Below, piece after piece: positions 39,596 through 53,147 of a stretch of 64,000 nucleotides of DNA; the first letter of the stretch is position 1, and every line of letters begins with the position of its first letter. The notes under the pieces are model-generated. The model made no database searches. It had not been told where the DNA came from and saw only the letters and a program-made list of their open reading frames with translations. Position numbers and translations under genes: made by a program. Source of the stretch: Eledone cirrhosa (Eukaryota); the NCBI GenBank assembly GCA_964016885.1, contig OZ024760.1, positions 26,722,001 through 26,786,000 on the forward strand, written 5' to 3'.

Positions 39596-40369
39596 AGTTT
39601 TCTCTGTTACCGCTGGAACAAACGGATGACGTTGTCATCTATCACGTGGTGTTTTCTGAAGCTGTTTACTTGTAAACAAACCTAATAATAATATGATAGT
39701 ATATAGTATTGTGGTTTGGCAGTATTGCGAGTGTGTCAGACACCATACTTTGTAGCATAGAGTTAAGGCCCTTTACATTCTGAGTTGTAATCCTGCCGAG
39801 GTTAACTTAACTACAACACACACCACACCACCCACACCACACTACACCACATCACCCACACTACACCACACACCTGCACCACACCACACCAAACCAAAGC
39901 CACACCTCCACTACACCACAACACACACCACGTCACGCATACACTGCACAACACCACAGCAGAGCCACACAACACCACACCAGGTCACACGACAGCACAA
40001 ATCACTCCACCACACCACACCACTACAACATACCACAACTACACCGGACCATACCACATCCACACCACACCACACAACACCACGATAAAATAAAGTACCA
40101 GTAATGTGCGTGTATGTGTTACAGCGCCCACCTATGCAGGTTTAGCTGGCCTCTCCGAGGTATATCTCGTTGGACGTGTCTTGGGTGATTTAATGATAGG
40201 GACCCCAGTCCTATCATCTCATTTCTACAGCTGAGTAAACTGGAGCAACGTGAAATAAAGTGTCTTGTTCAAGGAAACAACACATCACCCGGTCTGAGAA
40301 TTGAACTCACAACCTTTCGATTGCAAGCCAAATGTTCTAACCACTAAGCCATGTGTCTTCACACCAGAA

Positions 40370-41210
40370 ATGTACTTGGTAATTGCTGACCTTGTGCCAA
40401 AAGTAGAAACAATTATTTCGGGAGGTTGATAAAATAAAGTACTAGTAATGTACTGGTACAATTGCTGACCTTGTGCCAAACGTAGAAACAATTATTACAG
40501 GAGGTTGATAAAATAAAGTACCAGTAATGTACTGGTACAATTGCTGACCTTGTGCCAAATGTAGAGATAATTATTACAGGAGGTTGATAAAATAAAGTAC
40601 CAGTAATGTACTGGTACAATTGCTGACCTTGTGCCAAAAGTAGAAACAATTATTTCGGGAGGTTGATAAAATAAAGTACCAGTAATGTACTGGTACAATT
40701 GCTGACCTTGTGCCAAAAGTAGAAACAATTATTTCGGCGGGGTTGATAAAATAAAGTACCAGTAATGTACTGGTACAATTGCTGACCTTGTGCCAAATGT
40801 AGAGACAATTATTACAGGAGGTTGATAAAATAAAGTACCAGTAATGTACTGGTACAATTGCTGACCTTGTGCCAAATGTAGAGACAATTATTACAGGAGG
40901 TTGATAAAATAAAGTACCAGTAATGTACTGGTACAATTGCTGACCTTGTGCCAAATGTAGAGACAATTATTACAGGAGGTTGATAAAATAAAGTACCAGT
41001 AATGTACTAGTACAATTGCTGACCTTGTGCCAAATGTAGAGATAATTATTACAGGAGGTTGATAAAATAAAGTACCAGTAATGTACTGGTACAATTGCTG
41101 ACCTTGTGCCAAAAGTAGAAACAATTATTTCGGGAGGTTGATAAAATAAAGTACCAGTAATCTACTGTTACAATTGCTGACCTTGTGCCAAATGTAGAGA
41201 CAATTATTAT
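40370..41210. repeat. 79-bp minisatellite (~10.5 copies) derived from the SINE S1 3' half
   Basis: ggaggttgataaaataaagtaccagtaatgtactggtacaattgctgaccttgtgccaaa...aattatt recurs every 79-80 bp. Confidence 0.95.
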
Positions 41211-41548
41211 TATTATTCACACAGGAATCTTTACAGAAACTCAGCTCAGTAATAAATCTTTCATCACTCACTTTTTTAGATAAAATGTTATACCTTAATC
41301 TTACATGTCAATCATCTACAAGAAAAACAGCGTTATGCCTTTATGCATTATATTATAAATGGTTAGTGTGTGTGTGTGTGGTTGTGTGTGGTTGTGTGTG
41401 TGTGTGTGTGTGGTTGTGTGTGTGTGTGGTTGTGTGTGTGTGTGTGTGTGGTTGTGTGTGCGTGGTTGTGTGTGTGTGGTTGCGTGTGAATATATATATA
41501 TATATGCACACATCTCTCTCTCTATATATATATACATATATATATTTG

Positions 41549-41582
<34 letters not shown>

Positions 41583-41621
41583 TCATACATGTTATATATT
41601 ATGTATTGATGATACACACAG

Positions 41622-41693
<72 letters not shown>

Positions 41694-42101
41694 ACATAAT
41701 ACCGTTTTATAACCAGTTTAATTTGTCACGCTATAGCCAGGCATTGGTTTGCATGAAACAAAGATGGCGCGTGAAGATATATCACGTGACAGGTCAGTCT
41801 GTTATTAGTAACAGATTTAAGCGCCCTCTGGAGACATGAGAAATAACAATGTTATAATTGGTAAGGTGTTGTAGTTTGTTACCCACCAATTTCTCACTTA
41901 AGAACATTGTAACAAGATTTTCTCTGCAAAAGAAAATGAAGAAAAAAAATAAAAGGTTTCATTTTCTGCCCGCTAGATTTTCTAATCTACTTATTCATTT
42001 GTAAAGATAGATACTTGTACACAGACATGCAATATATATATACATTATATATCATATATACATTATATATTATATATATAGTATATTATATATATTATAT
42101 A

Positions 42102-42268
42102 CCGTGTTTCCCGGCGCCGAAGACACTTCGTCATCGAGGAAGCACCCTAATTTTGATAACCAAAGATTTGAAAAAAAATATAAAAACCAAACTTCGGCCT
42201 CTAGAACACATGGTAGATTTTTGAGACTTATTTTAGGAAAAAAGTAGCGTCTTCGTCGCCGGGAAATA
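42102..42268. mobile_element. pogo/Tc2-like MITE
   Basis: TIRs ccgtgtttcccggcgccgaagac / gtcttcgtcgccgggaaata in a TA context. Confidence 0.65.
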
Positions 42269-42775
42269 TATATATATATATATATATTTAATACATTAAC
42301 AGAGAAAGCCTGAAGCTATACTCTGACTGGCTTCCATCTCACTCCATAAACATTAGGATATACCTTAGTATAATCCCAATTTTACGTTTGAGGTGCGAAC
42401 TATATGTATTTTGCGGATAGCCAGTTGTATTATTTTATATGAGACATAATTAAAATACATCTCCATTATTCTTTCTTCACCATTTCCTTAACATGTTCAA
42501 CATCACCAACAGTTTACACCTATACAAATTCCCTCCTTTGATAATGCATAAAATGCTGAAACAGGTAATAGACAATTGTTAAATATATAAATAAATAAAT
42601 AAATGCCATTGTTAATAAATAAATTAACTAATACCTTAACACTTCACAGAAAGTAAAATATTTTGTTTTAAACATTTACTAACCCAGAAAAAAGAGAAAA
42701 AAATAAAAGGGAAAAAATATTTTTTTCTTCCTAATAATCGTCTTTTTCTCCCTATTTTCATATATATATATATAT

Positions 42776-43408
42776 AAGTATGTATACGTACATACATATA
42801 TGTATACAGACGTACAGTAGTATGTATATATATATAGATACATGCACACATATATATATGTACGTATGGATTCACCGAACATTTATTATAATGCTCGGTG
42901 TGTTTGTAAACAAATATATATTTAAGTAACAGCCGTACTAAGAGTGAGAAATGAAATTTCGTTTCATTTTTTCCGTTTATCGTTTTCGGCGCGCCCGACC
43001 GATTAACTCACTCGATATGCAAATTAGGCTGCTCAGCCGTTAATATGCATAAGGAAAGTATATACTTTGAGACGTTCAATCATCTGGCAGGAAGGTATAC
43101 GTTGCTGACGATAGCTAATAAGCTTGAAACTAGTACAGCGTTCCTTTGTCAGTGTTGAACAAATGAGCAACGATTGTTGCTAGACACTGTACGGCTTAAT
43201 TCGGGATGTTTGTTTACAAACACACCGAGCGTTATAATAAATGTTCGGTGAATCCATACGTACATATATATATATGTGCATGTATGTATATATATATATA
43301 CATACTACTGTACGTCTGTATACATATATGTATGTACGTATACATACTTATATTTAAGTAACAGCCGTACTAAGAGTGAGAAATGAAATTTCGTTTCATT
43401 TTTCCGTT

Positions 43409-43410
<2 letters not shown>
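42776..43410 (+). mobile_element. Non-coding HHR element: ~432-nt unit with ~60-bp direct terminal repeat plus inverted arm
   Basis: 42919-42979 matches 43351-43410 as a direct repeat. 42776-42913 is the reverse complement of ~43208-43350. Ends lie in (TA)n. Confidence 0.75.
43100..43140 (+). ncRNA. 41-nt ultra-minimal hammerhead ribozyme
   Basis: CGUUG-CUGACGA-uAGCU aaua AGCUu-GAAA-CUAG-UA/CAGCG. Confidence 0.8.
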
Positions 43411-43440
<30 letters not shown>

Positions 43441-44400
43441 ATATATTATATATATATAAGTTAAAACAATGAAATAAAAAATCAAGTCATTAGAGATATA
43501 CTTCTAATGACTTGATTTTTTATTCCATTGTTTTAACTTATATCATGACTCTGTTTTCCTTTTAATGTTTTATTGTTTTCCGAAATATATGTTAACCTAC
43601 AACATTTTCAACATATGAATTACATCGAGTTCTTCATACAGAATAGACCCCACAACTTACTGTGGATACCTCTGTGTATATATATATAATAGAATAATCG
43701 AGTATCGGAAAATCAGCTCACGAGTTTACGATAAACAAATCCGACATGAGTGGCAGAGGGCTCAATAATTCAGATAAATCAGAGCTATAACTATCGTTAA
43801 AATACCAACACACAAAGATTATGCCTAAAATCACCCGTGCAGCCGAAAAATAACGACCAGGAAGATTCGGGTCACTCAGATAAAATATCAATAAATCAAT
43901 AACTTATATGAATGTAAAAACTTACCCGGACCCACTAGAAAGATGGTAAATCTAGCTTCTTGGGTTTCTGCAATTCCTTAATCCGCCCCCTATCAGCCCA
44001 CATAAAAATATATAAGACTTCTAGAGAGCGGATGGACCGGAACACTTTATCAACGGGTCATGTCCAAACGAATAGAGAAGCTAACTTTAGCTGGGACGCA
44101 CATGGAGTCCAGCAAGGGAGATAACCTCTATATCCGCGAAAAATTATCGGTAATGTGGGAAACCACATATCGAATAAGAGTGCTCGATAGACATGTTAAA
44201 ATAAACAGGAGCTATTCATCATTCAATAGAATCGACAAAAAATGAACAAAAAAAAAAAATATATATATATATGAAATATAAGAATCAAAGAACTGTTCAA
44301 AACATTATTGTGTAAAATACTTACAACTGCTTAAGGTTTTGTATTTACATAACCATAAATAGTATAACTAATACTATATATATATATATATATATATATA

Positions 44401-44751
44401 GGTAAAATTCCGTTATAATGGATACCGTTATTACAAACAAAGGTGGATTGGCAGTATCGGTAGAAGGTCGGATGCCATGCTTTGCAGCATAGTTACGCCC
44501 CTTTATGGTCTGAGTTCAAATCCCGCCGAGGTTAACTTTGCCTTTCATCCTCACGGGGTCGATAAAATAAAGTACCAGTAATACACTGGGATAATTGCTG
44601 GCCTTGTGGCCAAAGTAGAAACAATTATTACAAACAAAGGGAATAACAAACAAACGCTTGATTTGTTTTGGTCGATCTCGTTATAAAGATATTTTTCGTT
44701 ACAACGAATTTTTGGTACAATTCGTGAATTTCGTTATAACGGAATTTCACT
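44401..44751. mobile_element. pogo/Tigger-like MITE with nested SINE S1
   Basis: TIRs gtaaaattccgttataatgga / ttcgttataacggaatttcac. SINE 44444-44624 has a 16-bp TSD ttattacaaacaaagg (44428-44443, 44625-44640). Confidence 0.8.
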
Positions 44752-44889
44752 AAATGTGTGTGTGTGTGTGTGTGTGTAGAAAGTTCAGTAAGTCCGAAGA
44801 AAACTTGTCCAAATCCCATGGACATCCTGACCGAAGGGTCTCTTTACCTTTTTGTGTGTGTATATATGTGTGTATGTATATATATTATA

Positions 44890-44940
<51 letters not shown>

Positions 44941-45230
44941 TTCATTAAAATAACAGTAGGGCCGACAGGTGAAGTTCCCTTAAAGTTTGATTGTTGGTAA
45001 GCTAGGTGTAGGACTTGCATATATTGTTGTTGGTGACACGTTGAGTGCTTTTGTGCTATTACATCATGATTAAATTATACGGTTTGACCAGTTCTATCCA
45101 GTGGTAAACCACGAAACTTCGATTGAAACAGTTCTAATCCTGTAGGAGCCATTTCTATATTAAACATTATATACTCTACTAATGTATTGAGTACCTTACT
45201 AAATGTGGTTACTCCCGATTGACCGGGACG

Positions 45231-45263
<33 letters not shown>

Positions 45264-45373
45264 ATATATGCATACATATATATATATATAATGAAAAATT
45301 GAACAGGGACAGAACAGAGGCAGTACGATAAATGTTTATTAAATTCACGCTCAGGAGAGTGGGGGGTAGGTGG

Positions 45374-45410
45374 GGGACGACGTTTCGGGCATAAGCCCTT
45401 CTTCAGGTGA
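45374..45410 (-). ncRNA. Hammerhead core typical of PLE terminal repeats, stem I poorly paired
   Basis: CUGAAGA-aGGGC uuau GCCC-GAAA-CGUC. Confidence 0.55.
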
Positions 45411-45511
45411 GAGTTCAAAAGGTGTGTATACTATGCTGTATATATATATATATGTGTGTGTGTATGTGTAATATGTATGTATATATTTAATGTATATATA
45501 TATCATATATA

Positions 45512-45545
<34 letters not shown>

Positions 45546-46127
45546 AATATGTATGTATATATAATGTGTATATATCACGTATAATATATATATATATGTA
45601 TGTGTAATATGTATGTATATATAATGTATATATATCATGTATAATATATATATATATATATGTATGTATATGTTTGTGTGTATATTTAAATAAAGGAAAA
45701 GAATGACTTCACTTAAAGTTCTAAACAATTTAATTTAATTTTATAATATTGTAATTTTACAATTTGGTTTTTTAGATCTAGTAAGTTCTTTGTTAACTTC
45801 CGTGGAGAGATTTTTAAATGATTCCTGGTTAACTTTGTCGCATTCGTCTGTGGCGATTGTCAACTTTCATACATTTTCCAATATATATTAAGGATACTAT
45901 TTATGGTTATGTATATATTAAGGATACTATTTATGGTTATGTATATACTAAAACTTTTTATAGTTATATAATATATATTTTAAACCCTAAACAGTGAAAG
46001 ACAGTAATTTATTACTACCTTATTACCAGTAAGATAAATAAAAAGCTCAATGTAATAACATCAGTTGTTCTACAGAGCAGTTATATAGAAATCACATGAA
46101 TCAAAGTTCTGTTCAAACCATTTATTA

Positions 46128-46171
46128 GCCTACAATTGTTTCATCCAAACCGAGGTTGGATTCTTCGGAGC
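46128..46171 (-). ncRNA. Hammerhead-like motif with CCGAAGA core
   Basis: GCU-CCGAAGA-AUCCAACC uc GGUUUGGAU-GAAA-CAAUUG-UA/GGC. Same family as 25657-25701. Confidence 0.55.
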
Positions 46172-46477
46172 ATTTTTCAATGTTTGTTTACATACATGAC
46201 CTCCTTTCCAACACAAGAGACATACAGATACATATGTATATATTGATGCACAGTGGGGTGACATCCATTATATTATTTCTGAATGGCAATTTAAATTAAA
46301 AAATTAAAATCATATTAAAACAGAATCAAAGCAAAATTAAAATTAAAATACAACATCGGCAGTTAACGTAGATAATGCAAGAGGATAGTTTGTTAGTCAG
46401 TTGTAGTAGTTATTGCATGCAATAGTTACACGTGGAGCATGCACGTGTGTCTTATATATATATATATATATATATAA

Positions 46478-46943
46478 ATTAAAACAATAAAATAAAAATT
46501 CAAGTCATTAGAAATATACTTCACTGCTTAACGTTCGTTTCCAGGTGATAATAATACATCGTACGCATATTTCGTTATCGATCTATGGAATATATTTACC
46601 TACATGTAGATCATCAGCCGTTGTCTTGACAACGGCTGATGATATACATGTAGGTAAATATATTCCTTATTTGATATTTTATAGCTAACCCTACATAGAT
46701 CGATAACGAAATATGCGTACGATGTATTATTATCACCTGGAAACGATCGTTAAGCAGTGAAGTATATTTCTAATGACTTGAATTTTTATTTCATTGTTTT
46801 ATATTATATCATGACTCTGTTTTCCTTTTTTTGTTTTATTGTTTTACGGGATTTATTTTAACCTACAATATTTTCAACATATGGATTACATTGAGTTCTT
46901 CATGCAGACTAGACCCCACAACTAACCGTGGATATTTCTGTGT
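46478..46943. mobile_element. Fold-back element family G
   Basis: Inverted repeat centred on ttgtcttgacaa (~46627), containing GAAA-CGATCG-TT. Relatives at 6340-6540 and 43458-43676. Confidence 0.7.
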
Positions 46944-47994
46944 GTGTGTATATATATATATGTATGTAATGAGTGCTACTGGTAACATGTAACCCAATAC
47001 AACCTGTCACATGGTCGGGTCGCTGGCGACTAAACCGGCAACCCCACCAAGTCTACTTGGTGAGGAGGGTGATTTTCTACACGATGCAGGACAAAAAACA
47101 AAACCTGTCAGGCATTCTTCTAGGAGAAGGCAACTCAAGAAACTGGGATAACTCCGATATAAAACCTGCTGCTCAGTAGTTACCGATGATGTTGATCTTT
47201 TCTTCTTTTCAGGTTATAGCTACTGTCGCTCAGATAGTGGGATTGGCTCAGTGCACAGTCTTTCCTCACTTTAAAAAATATTTCACGCAGAGGCATTGCA
47301 CGATAGAATTAATTAATAATTATTAATAATGGTATATCGTGCAATGGCCATACTCGATAACGAGGGGGCAGCCATCATGTACGTTTGTTTGTATGTATGT
47401 ATGTATGTGTGTGTGTGTGTGTGTTTGTGTGTGTGATGTATATTCCTAACTTCAGATTGACAGGCTGCAGGATCTGCCTTAGTTAACTATTAATCTCTAC
47501 TATAATACTGCGGACTCATTCAATGGAAGTGAGAGGGAGACAAAGAGGGAGAGAGAGAGAGAGGGGGAGACAGAGACACAAAGAGGTAGCGAGAGAGATG
47601 GGAACATTGATTGAAGGGAAATTTGTAAAGTAGAGAAAAAGAAGGTAAATTTGTGATAGGTATCGGGTTGTGGGTGGAGGCGGTGAGGTAATGAGGAGGG
47701 GGGGGGGATTTCGATAATGGAACTGGCAGATATTGATCTCATTGTGTGGAGGTTTACATCGTCACCCCTCCCCTAACCACCACCACCACCACCTCCGCCG
47801 CCGTCGCCCTCCACCCTCACCGCTACCACCACCGCCGCCACCACTTCTATTCAACTCCACTCCATTTTATCACTATTTTTATTGTCTGAAAACAGAAAAC
47901 GACCTCAATTAACCCTCACAGTCGCTGATGTGTCTCTCTCTCTCTCTCTTCCTCTCTCTCTCTCTCTCTTCCACTCTCTCTCTCTTCCTCTTTC

Positions 47995-48330
47995 TCTCCC
48001 TATCTCTCGCCGAACCTCTCTCTCTCCCTATCTCTCGCCGAACCTCTCTCTCTCTCCCTATCTCTCGCCGAACCTCTCTCTCTCTCTCTCTCTCTCCCTA
48101 TCTCTCGCCGAACCTCTCTCTATCTCTCCCTATCTCTCGCCGAACCTCTCTCTCTCTCTCCCTATCTCTCGCCGAACCTCTCTCTCTCCCTATCTCTCGC
48201 CGAACCTCTCTCTCTCTCCCTATCTCTCGCCGAACCTCTCTCTCTCCCTATCTCTCGCCGAACCTCTCTCTCTCTCCCTATCTCTCGCCGAACCTCTCTC
48301 TCTCCCTATCTCTCGCCCTATCTCTCGCCG
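47995..48330. repeat. ~30-bp minisatellite (ccctatctctcgccgaac plus (CT)n)
   Basis: About 11 visible units. Confidence 0.9.
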
Positions 48331-48420
48331 GACCTCTGTCTATCCCTTTCTCTCACCGAACCTCACTACCTCTCTCTCTATCTCTCACCGTCTCTGTCTC
48401 TCTCTCTCTATCTCTCACCG

Positions 48421-48454
<34 letters not shown>

Positions 48455-48694
48455 CCCTCTCTCCCCTTCTCTATTCTATATTTATATGTATAAATAAATA
48501 TATATATATATCCCTCTATCTCTCTCCATTCACACACACACACGCGCGCGTATATATATATATATATATATATACACACTATATCTATCTCCCTATATCT
48601 ATCTCCCTTTCTTTCTCTAATCTACCTATCCCTCTATCTCTGATCTATCAATCTCCCTCTCTCTCCCTCTCCCTCTTTATACACACACATTCCC

Positions 48695-48727
<33 letters not shown>

Positions 48728-49417
48728 CCACTCTCTCTCTCTCTACACACACACACGTTCCCTTCTATCTCTCTCGCTCTCCTGTCCCCAACTCCCCCCG
48801 CCATTCATATCTGTTAATCCGATTTTCAACTCATTATCATCATTTTTACGGCGTCATCAACATTAAAATGATATGGACGACCTGCCGAGACCAACCGAGA
48901 TCTCAGCGAGAATTCAGGAAGATCGGGCGAGATCTGCACTGATTTCTCCTCAGATAATACCGTCTGCTTACTTTCCATGTTTCCTTGTTGTTATTGCTGC
49001 TGGTGTTGTTTGTTCTACATACACACACTCACACTCACATACCCACACATACACACCCACTCACACATACACTTACACACTACATACACTCACTCACACA
49101 CATACAGTTACAGAGAGAGAGAGATAAACAGTCTTACACACACACACACACAGTTACAGAGAGAGAGAAAGAAACAGTCTTAAACATACACAAACACACA
49201 TACACTCACACACAGAGAAACAGTCTTAAACATACCCAAACACGCATACACTCACACACACATACTCTCACACACACACAGAACAGTCTTAAACATACAC
49301 ATATGCTCACACGCATACGTATATAGACACAAATAAAATGAAAATTACACATACACCTCTACTCACAAATAGACATATACATATGCTAAGATATACATGC
49401 ACATATATTCGCATAGC

Positions 49418-49467
<50 letters not shown>

Positions 49468-49588
49468 TGTATATTGTGTGTGTACATACATGCGTGTGTA
49501 TATTTATACATGCATGCATGTATATTTATACATGCATGCATATATTTAATTATATGTATATGTGTATATATATGTACATGCATGCATA

Positions 49589-49624
<36 letters not shown>

Positions 49625-49741
49625 TGTATGTATGTATATATATTGTGTGTGTATATTTATACATGCATGCATGTATATTTATACATGGATGCATATATTT
49701 AATTATATGTATATGTGTATATATATGTACATGCATGTATA

Positions 49742-49774
<33 letters not shown>

Positions 49775-49900
49775 ATATATATATATATTGTGTGTGTGTG
49801 TACATGCATGCGTGTGTATATTTATACATGCATGCATGTATATTTATACATGCATGCATATATTTAATTATATGTATATGTGTATATATATGTACATGCA

Positions 49901-49952
<52 letters not shown>

Positions 49953-50023
49953 TGCATGCATTTACGTGTGTATATGTGTACATGCATGCATATGTATATA
50001 TATATACATGCATGCATACATTT

Positions 50024-50057
<34 letters not shown>

Positions 50058-50245
50058 ACATATATGTATATATATATATATATGCATGCATGCATACATA
50101 TCTATATCTATATAAACATGCTACATATATGCATATATATATTTATACATACAGATGTCTGTGTATCTGTGTATTTGTTTCCTCTCACCCATTCGTGCTC
50201 ACTTCCAACCAACAGTGACCCGTGACTGTCGTTGATCTTCCATTG

Positions 50246-50302
<57 letters not shown>

Positions 50303-50388
50303 AACAGACGATAATATATATATATATATATATACAAACAGACGATAATATATATATATATATATATATATACAAACAGACGATAATA

Positions 50389-50430
<42 letters not shown>

Positions 50431-50438
50431 AACAGACG

Positions 50439-50478
<40 letters not shown>

Positions 50479-50904
50479 AACAGACGATAATATATATGTG
50501 TATATATATATATATATATATTATCGTCTGTTTGTTTGATAAAATATTCATGTTACTCTGTTCCTTCACTTGGCCCTGTCCTTTCACCATCGTGTCAACC
50601 GCCATCAAATATGGCGTCGCCTTTAGGAAGTGTGTAGACAAAATCATAACATACACACACACATACACATACATGTACACATACACACACACACAGAGAC
50701 ATACACACACAGAGAGACATACACACACAGAGAGACATACACACAAAGAGACATACACAAAGAGACATACATACATACACACAGACATACACACACACAG
50801 ACATACACACAGACATATCCACACACACATGCACATACACACATACACACACTCATACACATACACACACATATACACACATATAAACTGATAATAATTG
50901 TAAT

Positions 50905-51690
50905 AATGGTTTATTATTTGGGCACAATGACAGCAATATTGGGGGAAGAGAAAGTCAATTTAATCGACCCAGTACATTACTGGTACTTAATTTGATTGAC
51001 CCCGTAAGGATGAAAGGCAAAGTTAACCTCGGCGGGATTTGTATTCGTAAATGAAGTATAATCTAAACTATAATAAAGGAAGGTCTGCGGGACTGCGTAC
51101 GGTTTATTTATTTTTTTATCCCGTTAGTAAAATAAGTTGGATTACTTTGAATAAATAATGGTTTCTAGTATAGGCACAAGGCCAGCAATTAATCCAGTAC
51201 ATCACTGGTACTTTATTTTATCGACTCCGTAAGGATGAAAGGCAAAGTTAACCTCGGCGGGATTTGTATTCGTAAATGAAGTATAATCTAAACTGTAATA
51301 AAGGAAGGTCTGCGGGACTGCGTACGGTTTATTTTTTTTTTTTTATCCCGTTAGTAAAATAAATTGGATTACTTTGAATAAATAATGGTTTCTACTTTTG
51401 GCACAAGGCCAGCAAATATCCAGTACATTACTGGTACTTTATTTTATCGACTCCGTAAGGATGAAAGGCAAATTTAACCTCGGCGGGATTTGAACTCAGA
51501 TCATAAAGGGGTGTAACTCTTTGCGTCAAAGCATGGCGTCCGACCCTCTACCGATACTGCCAATCCACCGCCCTTTGAATAAATAATTGTTTCTACGTTA
51601 GGCACAAGGCCAGCAATTACCCAGTGTATTACTGGTACTTTATTTTATCGACCCCGTAAGGATGAAAGGCAAAGTTAACCTCGGCGTTGA
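50905..51690 (-). repeat. Tandem cluster of SINE S1 segments including an ~230-bp duplication
   Basis: gtaaggatgaaaggcaaagttaacctcggcg occurs four times, with a shared spacer ggaaggtctgcgggactgcgtacgg. Confidence 0.8.
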
Positions 51691-52607
51691 ATAAATAATG
51701 AATGAATATTACATAATTTATCTACTAAATTTCATAAACAAAAATAATTTCGTAAAAATAAATAATTTAAAATTGACTTCTTTTCAAAGTTGCACTTCCG
51801 GTATATCGTTGCCACCACCACCACCACCACTTCAACTACCATATATATAGAAAGAGAGAGTGTGTGATGTCAACACTTCCGGTATATCGTTGCCACCACC
51901 AGCACCACCATCACTTCAACTACCATATATATAGAAAGAGAGAGTCTGTGATCTCAACACTTCTGGTGGCGATCACTTAAATAAACATACTAATTTTCTG
52001 TCACTAATTTTCTCCTAATACAGTTTATATATAATATCGTCTTATTTTAATGTACCATGGATAACGTTACTGATTACATAAGACAGTGTAACACAGTCTT
52101 CATTCAATTTCTGTTTATATTGTCAATTACGATTTTATTTGATGTATCATATCTACATGTATATATACCTGTGTATAATATCAATATACACACTACACAT
52201 GCAAGTAGAAAACCACCCGAAGGATGGTTTTTCTGCTAGTAATTGTAATAATTGTTTATCCCGCCGAGGTTGACTTTGCCTTTCATCCTTACGGGGTCGA
52301 TAAAATAAAGTACCAGTAATGCACTGGGTAATTGCTGGCCTTGTGCCTAAAGTAGAAACAATTATTTAGGCACAACGACAGCAATATTGGGAGAAGAGAA
52401 AGTCAATTAAATCAACCCCAGTGTATTACTGGTACTTTATTTTATCGACCCCGTAAGGATGAAAGGCAAAGTTAACCTCGGCGGGATTTGTATTCGTAAA
52501 TTGAAGTATAATAATAATAATAATGGTCTCTTTATTAACCACAAGGGTTGACGTAAAGTATAACATTAAGGACAGTACAGGGCAGTACAAATAGGCATAT
52601 GAAAAAA

Positions 52608-52643
<36 letters not shown>

Positions 52644-52681
52644 ATTAAATAAATGGAAAACTATATTTATAAAACCATATT

Positions 52682-52747
52682 TATTTCATTATATATATTT
52701 CGGGGATATCATATTAACAATATGCTATGCCTTCATCAGACAAAATA
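52682..52747 (-). ncRNA. Hammerhead ribozyme in the 3' terminal repeat
   Basis: UAUUUUGU-CUGAUGA-aGG...CCc-GAAA-UAUAUA-UA/AUGAAAUA. The first stem II position is an A-C mismatch here but paired (A-U) in relatives at 5674 and 37878. Confidence 0.75.
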
Positions 52748-53112
52748 CAATATAAACAGTTTTATAGATAAATATATTCGACATACCGTAATAAACATCA
52801 ACTTCATTTGAAGAGGTTCACTCTAGCAGTGAAAATACAGAGAGAAAGAAAGAGAGAGAGAAAAGAGGGAAATAAGAAAGAAAGAAAGACAAAACGAAGA
52901 AAAGGAAGAAAAAGAAGAAAAAGAAGAAATGCATGGGACAAAATAGAGAGATGGAAAAATAGATAAAGCGAAGAGCTTCATGTAAAGAGACCGAAAGAGA
53001 TATATATATATATAGAGAGAGAGAGGAAATAGAGATAGATACATATATAAATATAGATATAGAAAAATTAGGTAGTGGGAGGTCATTTTGAGTAAGTGTA
53101 TCAATGATGCAT

Positions 53113-53147
<35 letters not shown>

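Noticed and set aside
46638-46720. Additional HHR using ctgatga at 46639
   Set aside because: Stem II pairing overlaps the core and stem I is ambiguous. Only the GAAA-CGATCG-TT half motif is retained.
48873-49127. Possible host exon MDDLPRPTEISARIQED...
   Set aside because: No recognisable homology or clear splice pair, and it runs into a CA repeat. Cannot be supported without RNA data.
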